This document shows, piece by piece, positions 1-11,285 of a stretch of 64,000 nucleotides of DNA. How positions within the stretch are numbered: the stretch's first letter is position 1; each line of letters starts with the position of its first letter. Position numbers and translations under genes: made by a program. The DNA comes from Octopus vulgaris (taxonomy: Eukaryota): the NCBI GenBank assembly GCA_951406725.2, contig OX597823.1:61132001-61196000 (forward strand). The letters run 5' to 3'. The notes under the pieces are model-generated. The model was not told the origin of the DNA. It ran no database searches and saw nothing but the letters and a program-made list of their open reading frames with translations.

Positions 1-310
1 CACACTTACACCTGCACCTACATATAAATAACAAAAAATAGCTTCAACTAGTCATCTAGTTACTCTAGAACAAAAGCTACACTCCCAACCAGCTATGACT
101 GCAATAGGATTTAAAATCCAGCTGAAACTCATTAAATTCATCTGCTAATAACCATCATTAGATGGCCCCTTAATTTATTGATCCCAAAAGGATGAAAGGC
201 AAGGTCAATCTAGGCAGAATTTGAACTCAGAACGTAAAGATGGATGACATGCCACAAAGCATTTTTGCCCAGCGTGCTAACGATTCTGCCAGTTTACCAC
301 CCTAATGGTG

Positions 311-344
<34 letters not shown>

Positions 345-367
345 TGATGATGATGATGGAATTGTTG

Positions 368-577
368 GATTACAGGTAAGTTCACCACCATCAATTCACT
401 GTGAAGAAAGTTCACCATGAAGAACGGTCCCCATGAAGAATGGTCACTGTGAAGAAGATTCACCATGAGGAAAGTTTACCAAGAAAATATATCCATAGTA
501 TCTTAACATTAATAGATAAAAACTATTTTATTGAAAAAAAGAATAGGGAATTGATGACAGTGAACTTACCAGGTATG
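368..577. mobile_element. Mutator-like MITE (~210 bp) with 9-bp TSD
   Basis: Inverted ends GGTAAGTTCACCACCATCAATTC / rc GGTAAGTTCACTGTCATCAATTC. Direct repeat GAATTGTTG at 359-367 and 578-586. Internal ~16-bp CACCATGAAGAA sub-repeats. Confidence 0.65.
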
Positions 578-605
578 GAATTGTTGAAGTGTTATCATGA
601 CATAC

Positions 606-729
606 GTTGTGTTGTTGGCAAAATCCATCCCTCTCCAAGTGTGAAAACAACTGATTTCATCCAGTGGAATTGAATCTGAAATCACTTGATTCTGAAGTGA
701 ATTCCATATCCACACATCCGTGTCTGAGC
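606..729 (-). CDS. Probable internal coding exon of unidentified host gene (GSDTDVWIWNSLQNQVISDSIPLDEISCFHTWRGMDFANNT)
   Basis: Acceptor tttactatag and donor gtatgt; alternative in-frame donor gtaagt gives exon end 570. Only one frame is open (phase 1 to 2). Unique, non-repeat sequence. Confidence 0.6.
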
Positions 730-879
730 CTATAGTAAATATATTTGTTGTATGAATGAAGACATCACACACCTCTTACTTGAACGGTCTCCTTCATACT
801 TTGACAATCAAACCAGAAACTAGTTTTGTCCCTCCTACAAGGCCTAATCAACAGGAAGGTCATGGCTGGAATATATTCG

Positions 880-1268
880 ATTACAGACATGCTAAATTAG
901 GAGGAATCTTAAGCTGGTTAAACAACAAGCTTGTATTTTATGATGACATGGCACTCTGTCTGTTACGAGGACAAGGGTTCCAGTTGAGCCAATGGAACAG
1001 CCTGCTTATGAAACTAATGCACAAATGGCTGAGTACTTCACAGACATGTGTAGCTTTAAAATAACTCTCAGGGAGATTCAGTGAGACACAGATGTGACAA
1101 GATTGGCTCTTTGAAATACAGATACTACTCATTTTTGCCTGCTGAGTGGACTGGAGCAATATAAAATAAAGTGTCTTGCTCAAGGATACAATGGTCTGCT
1201 GGGAATTGAAATCATGACATTGTGATTGAAAGTCAAGTACCTTAACCACTATGCTACAAGCCTCCACT
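880..1268 (-). mobile_element. tRNA-derived SINE (family D, OR-like), degenerate
   Basis: Shares the AAGTGGCTGAGCACTCCACAGACAC-type domain and tRNA-like head with copies at 33583 and 39638. Confidence 0.6.
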
Positions 1269-1776
1269 TATGTTGATATAAGTGATATAATATACAGATC
1301 GTTGTCAAGTGACTGCTTTTTCTGTTTAATTATTCTCTTTATGTGTTCATGTGGATCAAGTGTACAAGTTTGGTGGTGTTGGTGGGCCCTTAATACCTCA
1401 TGGAGTCATAGTGGTGGTGGTGGTGGTGGTGGTGATTGGGGCTGTCATAACATAATGTATCTTTGGTATCTTAAACCTGGCAAATCCCATCTCTTTCGAG
1501 ATCTGAACACAGTCAATTGCTTCTGGAGAGGATGATGATGGTGATAATAATAATCCTTTCTACTGGAGGCACAAGGCCTGAAATTTTGGGGGAGGGGACT
1601 AGTCGACTACACCAATCCCAGTGTTTCACTGGTACTTAATTTATTGATCCCAAAAGGATGAAAAGCAAGGTCAATCTAGGCAGAATTTGAATTCAGAACG
1701 TAAAGATGGATGACATGCCACAAAGCATTTTTGCCCAGCGTGCTAACGATTCTGCCAGTTTACCACCCTAATGCTG

Positions 1777-1829
<53 letters not shown>

Positions 1830-1933
1830 GATGATAATAATAATAAACACCATTTAGCTGGCATGTGTTAGACTGAAACTGGTAAGGTAGAGAGTTGCAC
1901 TAGGTTTCAATCTGATATGGCATAATGATGATG

Positions 1934-1980
<47 letters not shown>

Positions 1981-2239
1981 CCTTTCTACTATAGGCACAA
2001 GTCCTGAAAGTATTTTGGGAAAAGGGCAAGTTGATTACATTGACCCCAGTATTCAGCTGGTACTTAATTTATTGACCCCAAAAAGATGAAAGGCAAAGTC
2101 AACCTTGGCAATGTTGGCAAAGTCAACTCAGAATGTAAAGCTGGAAGAAATATTGCTTAGCATTTTGTTTAACACTCTAATAATTCTGCTAGCTCGCTGC
2201 CTAACCCTAGTGATCAATTGGTATTTATATTATATTAAA

Positions 2240-2475
2240 GGCAGTGAGCTGGCTGAGTCGTTAGCACGCCGGGCGAAACGCTTAGTGGTATTTCGTCTGC
2301 CGTTACGTTGTGAGTTCAAATTCCGTCAAGGTAGACTTTGCCTTTCATCCTTTTGGGGTCGATTAAATAAAGTACCAGTTACGCACTGGGGTCGGTGTAA
2401 TTGACTTAATCCATTTGTCTGTCCTTGTTTGTCCCCTCTGTGTTTAGCCTCTTGTGGGTAGTAAAGAAATAGGTA
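2240..2475 (+). mobile_element. SINE family A (GAGCTGGCAGAATCGTTAGC...GCCTTTCATCCTTT...AAGTACCAG), representative copy
   Basis: Many related copies, e.g. 170-303, 1555-1770, 8695-8920, 13688-13908, 35287-35520, 51315-51545, 56072-56298, 59835-60050. A/B-box-like head (GAGTTCAAATTCC). Confidence 0.85.
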
Positions 2476-3083
2476 TTTATATTATTGATCTTAAAAGAAT
2501 GTAAGGCAAAGATGAACTCGGCAGAATCTGAATTCAGAATGTTAAGAACTAAAACAGATGCTACTTTGCATTTTGTCCAATGTGGTAAGGATTCTACCAG
2601 TTCACTGCCTTGGTAATAATAACAGAGCAACAAAAACTGGAATGGTACTTTAATTGACTTCAAAAGGATGAAAGGCAAAGTTGACCTCTGCAAGATTTGA
2701 ACTCTGATAACAGAAAGCTAGAACGAATATTTGCAAGGCATTCTACCCCATGCTCTAATGTTTCTTATGTGCATTTGTAGACAAATGAATACTGAAGATA
2801 TAGCACTGAACTTTGTTATTAATTATCAACAACAATAAAAAAAAAACAACAAATAAATAATAAATAACACTACATCAATTTATTACAGTTGTGTCTAGTC
2901 TAAACCAAACATTAGATTTTCTATATTTGGCAATATTTCAAAGTGGAAAATCAATTATTTTTGTTGCTATTTGCAATTTTCAACTAAATTATTATTAAAT
3001 TGTCTTATGATATATAAATCATTAAAGAGTTAACATATTCAATTAGAAAATTTCATAAATATATAAAACAACTAATAGTATAC

Positions 3084-3146
3084 ATTAACTGTTTCTGGTC
3101 CATAATTGGAATTACAAACAATCCAACATTTCGGTTGGAATGTCTC
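3084..3146 (-). CDS. Candidate coding exon (RHSNRNVGLFVIPIMDQKQL); donor position uncertain
   Basis: Strong acceptor tctcctttccttttttttcccag. Phase-2 frame is open and compatible with exon 7509-7563. Donor is weak (gtatac or gttaat). Confidence 0.5.
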
Positions 3147-3445
3147 CTGGGAAAAAAAGGAAAGGAGAAAAAGACAAGCATCAGAAATCGTTGCTCAGTG
3201 ACATAAACATTTACGAGCAAACAACAGAGAACTACTTAATGTGGCTGTTTGAACCACTAGTAATTACAAGTAAAGGACGCTCAATTCGCACACAATTAAT
3301 TTGAAAATGAATGACATGCTGAATAATGTTGTCCAAGATCTCTTTTATCTTTTAGCTTTTACTAGTTTCAATCACTGGGCTGCAACCATGCTGGGGCAAT
3401 ACCTTAAAAGAGTTTTTTTAAAATTTTAGTTGAATGAATCTTTAG

Positions 3446-3745
3446 TGGCTGTGTAGTAAGTAGCCTGCTTACCAACCACATTGTTCTGGGTTCAGTCCCA
3501 CTGCGTGGCACCTTGGGCAAGTGTCTTCTACTATAGCCTCGGGCCGACCAAAGTCTTGTGAGTGGATTTGGTAGGCAGAAACTGAAAGAAGCCTGTCGCA
3601 TATATGTATATGTGTGTGTGTGTGTGTGTTTGTGCATCTGTATTTGTCCCCTCCAACATCGCTTGACAACCGATGCTGGTGTGTTTTACATCCATGTAAC
3701 TTAGCGGTTCGGCAAAAGAGACCGATAGAATAAGTACTAAGCTTA
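3446..3745 (+). mobile_element. SINE family B (GGCTGTGTGGTAAG...CCTTGGGCAAGTG), 5' part, interrupted by mariner and resuming at 5026
   Basis: Matches copies at 23305-23690, 35857-36352, 45260-45545, 56618-56830(-), 60998-61335(-). The consensus continues across the mariner insertion. Confidence 0.85.
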
Positions 3746-5025
3746 CGAGGGGCGTTCAATAAGTAATGCCCCTGACCCACTTCCCATAGGAGTAGAGCAA
3801 CGAAACTTGGAACGGTTATTAGTCTTTTTCTACATAGGAACCACCCAGAGTTACGCATTTCTCCCATCGTTTGATGCAGCTCTGAAGACCGTTTTTGTAG
3901 AAGACCCCAACTTGGTCCTCCATCCACGACGTGACTTCAGAAATCAAGGCTGCATCATCTGGGAAACGCTTTCCTTTCAAAAACAACTTCATGGCTGGGA
4001 AGAGGTGAAAATCAGAGTGTCAAGGTCAGGAGATGGGGGATGAGTTCATAGCCGCATGCCTGTGCTTCAGATCTGGCGACACGCGAGTTGTGGATCGGAG
4101 CGTTGTCCTGCAGGAGGAGGATGCCTTTGCTGATCTTGCCCCGCTTCTTGATTTCGATAGCTTCTCTTAATTTCCTCAAAAGTGAAGCATAATAGACTCC
4201 TGTAATTGTGACACCCTTTGCCAGGAAATCTGTCATCACTACTCCGTCCTGGTCCCAGAAGACTGTAAGCATGACCTTGCCAGCGGAGGGCTGCACCCTT
4301 GCCTTCTTTGGAGGAGGTGAGTCACGGTGCTTCCACTGCATTGACTGGGCTTTGGTCTCTGGATCATAGTGATGGACCCAGGTTTATCCTATGCAATCAG
4401 TCTTTTGAAAAATTTTGACTCATCTTCTTGGCACATCTCCAAATTCATCCTCGAGCAATCGACGCGTTCTTGCTTCTGGAAAGGTGTGAGCAACCTGGGA
4501 ATCCATCTGGCAGACACCTTTTGCATATGCAAATGGTCATGAATGATAGTTTCCACAGACCCGGTACTAATCTTGACCTCATGGGCTATTTCGCGAATAG
4601 TTATGCGTCGATCTTCCAAAATGGCAGCCTCAACTTGACAGACAGATGCCTCATCAATTGCAGAAGGGGGCGACCAGATCTGGGAGCTGTTTCCACAGAG
4701 TTCCGACCTTGTTTGAATTCACGATGCCAGCGTTTTACAAGGTCATATGATGGGGCATCATCACCATAAGTTACTTTCATTTCATCAAAAGTCTCCCGTG
4801 GTGTGCGTCCTTTCAAATACAAAAACCGGATCACTGCTCGATACTCAACATGCTCCATTTCACACTTGACTCAGTTCAAACACCTGTAAATCGAAAACCA
4901 CAATAAGTTCAGAGCTGTAATTTGCCACTTAATCTATAGAGATATAAATAATTGCACTTGCAAAATTTCAGCAAGATCAAACAACTGCAAGTGGGTCAGA
5001 GGCATTACTTATTGAACGCCCCTCG
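3746..5025 (-). mobile_element. Full-length mariner transposon (irritans/Hsmar2-like), 1280 bp
   Basis: 37-bp TIRs CGAGGGGCGTTCAATAAGTAATGCC(C/T)CTGACCCACTT with one mismatch. TA TSD at 3744-45 and 5026-27. Confidence 0.95.
3819..4858 (-). pseudogene. Mariner transposase pseudogene (frameshifts, stop)
   Basis: ORF pieces MEHVEYRAVIRFL..., WIPRLL motif, KVMLTVFWD, LLQDNAP, spread over three ORF pieces. Confidence 0.93.
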
Positions 5026-5777
5026 TAATAAGAATAAGTTCTGGGGTCGATTTAGAGACAATCATAGCTGACAAAGGGATAAACAACTTAAACATTTATA
5101 TAATAATGATTTCTTAAAAATGGCATGAGGCCACAAGTTTGATGGGAATCAGTAGTTGACAAAATCATTTCTCGTACTTGACTTGTACTTTATTTTGTTG
5201 ATCCCAGAAGGATGAAAAGTAAAATTGACTTCAGTGAGATTTGAACTCAAGAAGTTTGCTTTATAACCTTACAGTTTTGGGTTCAGTTTTGGAACTTTGG
5301 ACAAGTATCTTCTACTATAGTATCAAGCTGACCAAAGCCTTGTGAGTGTATTTGGTAGCCAGAAACAGGGAGAAAAATGCCTGTTGGATATATATATATA
5401 TAAAACTATACATGTTTGTGTGTGTGTGTGTGTGTGCATGTGTGTTTGTGTTTGTTACCTAACTCATTACAACCGGTATTGGTTTGTTTGTGTCTCTTTA
5501 ATTTAGTGGTTTAGCAAAAGAGAATAAGTGTCAAATTTGAAATAGCCACTGGAACAATTTGTGCAAGTAACCCTACGAAGCAGTGCTCCAGCAAAGCCAC
5601 AGTACAATGATTGAAGCAAGTGAAGGAATAAAGAGCTATCACTAAAATAATGGAGGTCATATGTCAGATGCCCTTGTGATTCTGCCAATCTAGGGTTCTT
5701 ACAAAAAAGTTTCAAATGTCTGACTTGAGCCTCGAAGATCATGCTACTGGAGTACATTTGGATTTCAATACCTTTAG

Positions 5778-6229
5778 CCCTTTAGCATTCAGATTACTTT
5801 GTCAAAAGTAATATTTATTTATTCATATTTTTCAAAATTAATCAAGTATTATCTTGTACTTTCAAGATTTTGAGGATGTGACTTTTTACATTGTAAGGTA
5901 AAAGTTACTTTCTCAAATCATACCGACTCATAAGGGTGCAGTTACCCAGTTTCTTGGCATAAATATTCCCTTCTTGGATGGAATACTGGTCCGTTGCTGG
6001 ATTACTCATTTTTGCCAGCTGACCGGACTGCCAGAATGTGAAATGATGTGTTTTGCTCAAGGTCCAAGAATCAAACCACAATCTTAAAATCATGAGTCCA
6101 GCACCCTAACCACTAAACCACATGCCTCCACATATTGAATGATGGGGATAAGTGGATGAATTTGGCCAGCTACAGCATAAAACAGGTAGAATATTTGGGC
6201 TAGATATGACCAGTTTAAATGCTAAAGGT
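5778..6229. mobile_element. piggyBac-like MITE with nested SINE
   Basis: Ends CCCTTTAGCATT...AATGCTAAAGGT with TTAG/TTAA flanks. Related fragment at 22801-22957. Confidence 0.6.
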
Positions 6230-7508
6230 TTAAGAAGTTTTCAAACTGAAAAAGGTATCAATTCCCTGAGGTTGCTTCTTGTTCTCACTTTTGTGGTCAA
6301 TAAAATAAATACCAAGGTACTTGTAGGTGGTTGGTTAATTAGTTAATTAAATTGATCACTACATCTTTCTCTTCAAAAAATATGGCTTTCTGTCTGTATC
6401 AGAAAATATAGACATTGGTTTTAAATTTTGGCATAAGGTCAGCAAATTTGAAGTAGGGTAAGTTGGTTACATTAGCCCCAGTTCTCAACTGGGACATAGT
6501 TTATTGACCTCAAAAGGATGAAAGGCAAAGTCGACTCAATAGAATTTGAACTCAGAATGTAAGGACCAATGAAATGCTGCTAAGTCTTTTGCCTGGTTTC
6601 TGCTAATTTACTGCCTTAGAAAATATCAATATTATTAAGGTGGCAATCTGTCAAAATCATTAGCATTGGGGAAAATGCTTAATAGCTCTGGCTCTTCTAT
6701 GAACCAAGTCCAAATCCTACAAAAGTCAACGTTATCTTTAATCATTTGGCATTCTGAAAATGGGAGCCAAATCTCTCTCAATTCATGACACAATGTCTAA
6801 AAAATCAGGATACACTGGTTAGTGGTAGCCTCTGATCTACAAAAAGAGCAAAATGGTCATGACTAGAACACCCACGACCATAGATCTGGGACTAAACAAC
6901 TGCACTCAATCCTGTAGTCACCCAACCTACTAGAAGTAGCAGTCATATCTGCCACAAATCACATTGTCTTATGAAAAGGAAGGATATACTGAGCAATATA
7001 GTTTCTGATCTCAAAAGAATGGGACAGTTATAGCTGGAACACCTATGATCATGGCTAAACATATGGTTAAACAACAACAATAATCCAAGCTTACTTGGAA
7101 CCTGTACTTGCTCTTTTACAAACCGCAACCAAATCTCTCTAAAATCCTCCTATAATCTTAAATTCTAAGTAATGTGTTTCTTGGTATGTGTAGTTCTTTC
7201 CTTTTAAATAAGCCTAAAATGTTTAGCATGTGGCTTTGCAGACAGAGATGAGATTTTTTTCATCAGTCAGTTTTAACTCCAGAAGTGGATAACCTCTGCT
7301 GACCAACTGAATCTACTTTCCCCTTAAACTATTAATAAAGCATCTTGATAAAATATAGACACCTTGTTTTTATGTTTTGTTTTTTGTCGTTTTTTTTTCT
7401 AAAAGAAATCAGTAAACTGTTTTAAATAATAAATATATGATAAATAAATCAACAAAATAAATAAATAAACAACATTTTTTAAAGTGTATCTTTGAAGTCA
7501 AAGCTTAC

Positions 7509-7563
7509 TCCATCTGCGCAAATACTTTACATATTTGATAATTTGGACATGGAGACAATATGT
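7509..7563 (-). CDS. Probable coding exon (YILSPCPNYQICKVFAQME)
   Basis: Acceptor ttttatttttccttcctag and donor gtaagc. Phase 1 to 2 fits both neighbours. Confidence 0.6.
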
Positions 7564-7825
7564 CTAGGAAGGAAAAATAAAACAAGATGAGTACAGCTGG
7601 AACATCTTTGATCAGTGTTGATTTGCAGCTAAATAACTACAACAATTCATTTATATTTTACATCTAGTTAACATGACATACATATGCAAGAGATGAGCTT
7701 ATGACTTTATAGACTTCTGAAACCAATTATATGTGATTAATAACAAGGCACATCTAATTCCCTAAGGTTGCTTAGCATTTTATACAGTGGTTAGTTTAGT
7801 TCTGAAGGTGAGTAGACGCACTTAC

Positions 7826-7868
7826 ACTCTTGTAATGGAGATTGAATGAGAGAACGTGTTCTTAATTG
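7826..7868 (-). CDS. Probable coding exon (QLRTRSLIQSPLQE)
   Basis: Acceptor tatttattccag and donor gtaagt. Phase 0 to 1 fits exon 7509-7563. Confidence 0.55.
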
Positions 7869-7914
7869 CTGGAATAAATACATCACCAGACAGCAGAGTA
7901 TAGGATACATGCTT

Positions 7915-8240
7915 GTTGAGTTAATATAATACCAGATTAGTGAGGATAGGTTCACAGCTGGATGAGTTAATATAGTAACAGTCTATTGAGTGTTGTCACA
8001 GCTAATTGAGTTAATGTATTAATAAACTACTGGGTGTGGACACAGTTAACCAAGTTAATATAGTAGAAAACTAGTGGGTGTGTTCATAGCTAACTGAGTT
8101 AATATATTAACAAACTAGTGGGTGTGGCTGCTGATTTCTGAGTTAATATATTACAAAACTTGTGGGTGTTGTCACAGTTGAGTTAATATCTTGCCAGACT
8201 ACTGGATGTAGTTACAGCCAGCTTAGTTGATGTTGTATCA
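7915..8240. repeat. Degenerate ~44-bp minisatellite, ~8 units
   Basis: GAGTTAATAT-like anchor near 7918, 7963, 8008, 8052, 8096, 8140, 8180, 8224. Confidence 0.8.
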
Positions 8241-9159
8241 TGCTAGTAATGGTGGCAAATTAGCAGAATCACTAGATAGTCATATAGAATGTGTTGTGGT
8301 ACTTGTTCCAGTTCACTGCAATGTGAAGTCAAATCCTTCCAAGGTCAATTTTTCCTTTTATCATTTTAGGATTGATAAATAATGAAGCAGCCCTTGGTAG
8401 TGAATCATTAGATGATGAGATATCATGTAGTTTGTGTTCTGGTGATAATTTTTGCTGACAGTGTTGTGATGCAAAGTGGTGGGAAAAAAATCATTTATTC
8501 AACTCTTATTTTTTTCCCTTGGACAACATTAATGGTGTGAAGGGAAGAAAGTTGTGCATATGATCAACTGTTGAGCTTCCCCTCCGCCCCCAAAAGGCAA
8601 AAAAGCAAAACTTTCAAGAAGTTCCTGGGTCACATGAGACATATCTATGGAAAGCTCCAGATGCTGATAGGGGATTGTGTAAGAGCTGAATTTTATTTCT
8701 TTATTGCCCACAGGGGGCTAAACATAGAGCGGACAAACAAGGACAGACAAAGGGATTAAGTCGATTACATTGACCCAGTGCGTAACTGGTACTTATTTAA
8801 TCGACCCCAAAAGGATGAAAGACAAAGTCAACCTCAGCGGAATTTGAACTCAGAACGTAACAGCAGATGAAATACCGCTAAGCATTTCACTCAGCATCCT
8901 AACAATTCTGCCAGCTCGCCATTGATATAACACCTGACTAATTACAGTGCACAGTTTCCTTTTTTTTTTTTTGTTTACATCCTTCATCAATGTACATCAG
9001 CAAAAGGCACACACACATACAAACACTCCTCTCTCTCTCTCTCTCTCTTACACACACAACACACATACATGGTAATAATAAACAGAAAGCATAATTGGCA
9101 TTGGCATTTATGCATTTGTTTTGCAACATTCTTGATGTGAATTCGTGTGTTGAAACAGA

Positions 9160-9346
9160 TATTGTTGTATTTGGGGATGGTCATGTTGCCAATTTAGCCA
9201 GTGAAAACACACGCACTATATATTTGATGTTCATTTGCTTCAGCTTTATTTCATATTAATATGAAATAAAGCTGAAGCAAATGAACGCCAAATATACAGT
9301 ACATGTGTTTTCATTGGCAACATGACCATCCCCAAATACAACAATA
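9160..9346. repeat. Loopless palindrome (~90-bp arms)
   Basis: Centre TCATATT|AATATGA at 9257/9258. Arms match out to TATTGTTGTATTTGGGGATGG, with a 9-nt deletion in the right arm. Confidence 0.9.
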
Positions 9347-10989
9347 ATTGGTATTATTAAGCTTTATATAACACATGTTTCCACAAGTTGATTGTCATTA
9401 TTATGTAAACTAGCTGGTACTATAATGCAAAACAGTTGACTCACTTCCTCAGCATTATCAGCAAAAATGTACAGTGCAAAGTTAGACGCACCATGCCCTA
9501 ATATACTTCAGTCATGCAAATTATGAGCCAGTTCATTGGTATAGCAAGAATAGGAGGTGATACAATGTGAGATAGTAGGATGGCTTTAAGAGAGGAAGGA
9601 TAAATGACTATATCCACTCTTGTACGCATTCAGGATGACCAGCATGTTCACATCCACACACATATATACAGAGTAGAGAGCAAAAACGAGAATAAGAAGG
9701 CCCAAGATGATGTAGCATAAATTATAGCAACAATGATGATAATAATCCTCTCTACTATAGGCACAAGGCCTGGAATTTGGGGGAGGGGGATAGTTTATTG
9801 CACCAAACCCAGTGCTTTATCGACTCCCAAAAGGACAAAAAGCAAAGTCAACTGCAGTAGAATTTGAAATCAGAAAGTAAATATAGGCGAAATACCACTA
9901 AACATTTTGCATGGCATGCTAATGATTCTGACAGCTTTCCACATTAACTACAATAATTATTATTATTTGTACTATTTAAGTGAGGTCGATGCCAGTGCCA
10001 CTTGACTGGTCCCATACTGGTGGCACGTAATAAAACACATTTCAAGCGTAGTCGATGCCAGTACCGTCTTACTGGCCCTTGTGCTAGTGGCACATAAAAA
10101 CACCCACTACACTCTCAGAGTGGTTGGCATTAGGAAGGGCATCCAGCAGTAGAAACCTAGTCAGATCAGACTGGAGCCTGGTACAGCCTTCTGGCTTGCC
10201 AGTCCTCAGTCGAACCATCCAACCCATGATATGTGCATCTCTGCTCACGAGCAGAAATAGTGGTGGAGCATCATAGCCATGTGTTGAAAGGAATTCCTTA
10301 GGGTTTGGATAATTCACCTTTGGAAACATGGGTGTTTCATTCAAAATCCTTAAACAACCCTTATTCAGGGAGCTTTTGAGCGGGATATGAGATCACTATG
10401 TTGCACACATATAGTTGTGATGGTGTAACTTTATCAGATGGGTAGTCATGATGGGTATACTGGGCTTCGTATATTTTACCCCTGTGTACTTAGATGGCAT
10501 GCACTGCTCTCTCACTCAATAATAACAAGAACGGTCAGTGGTATATATCACAATGCAAACCTGGTTTTCTTAACCATATAACCTTAACACAAAACACAAC
10601 ACCTTTTCCGTTGTAAACAGAAGAACAAAGAACCATTAATGGACTACCATGTTGTTAGCTTATATTATTAAACTCAAGTTGGAAGATAAACTGGCTAAGT
10701 TGTTAGTATGCTGGACAAAATGCCACCAAGTATTATGTGCATCATTGTACTTTCTGAATTTAAATTCTGCTGAGGTTGACTTTACCTTTTACCCTTCTGG
10801 GTTTGTTGAAGGAAGTACTAGTTGAGCATTAGGGTTAACATAATAGACCGACTGCTTCTTCCCACTAAAATTTCAAGCCTTGTACCTAAAGCAGAAAAGA
10901 TTATTAAGCTCAAGATGGAAAGCTGATAAAATTGTTAGAACACTATGAAAGTAAGCTTCACTATAATTTTTCTGAATCTTTATGTTCAG

Positions 10990-11153
10990 ATTATTTAAAT
11001 TATTTACATCATTTACATTCGACAGATATTTGTCCTTATCCTGTTTGTTGTTAACACGTTTCAGCTGATATACCTTCCAGCCTTCTTCAGGTGTCTTGGG
11101 GAAATTTCGAACCTGAGTTCTCATTCCTAAGGTATTTTTCAATGTTATTATTA

Positions 11154-11194
<41 letters not shown>

Positions 11195-11285
11195 GTTCAG
11201 GTCACTATTCAGAATCGAACTTGGAATCTTGGGGTTAGTAGCCTGCGCTCTCAACCACTATGCCTGTGGGCATATGGCGTAGTGT
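10990..11285 (-). mobile_element. tRNA-headed SINE-like element carrying a hammerhead motif
   Basis: tRNA-like head at 11200-11264 (A box GGCATAGTGG, B box AGTTCGATTC), (AAT)n linker, then ACAC-CTGAAGA-A-GGCTG...CAGCT-GAAACGT at 11053-11095. Confidence 0.7.
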
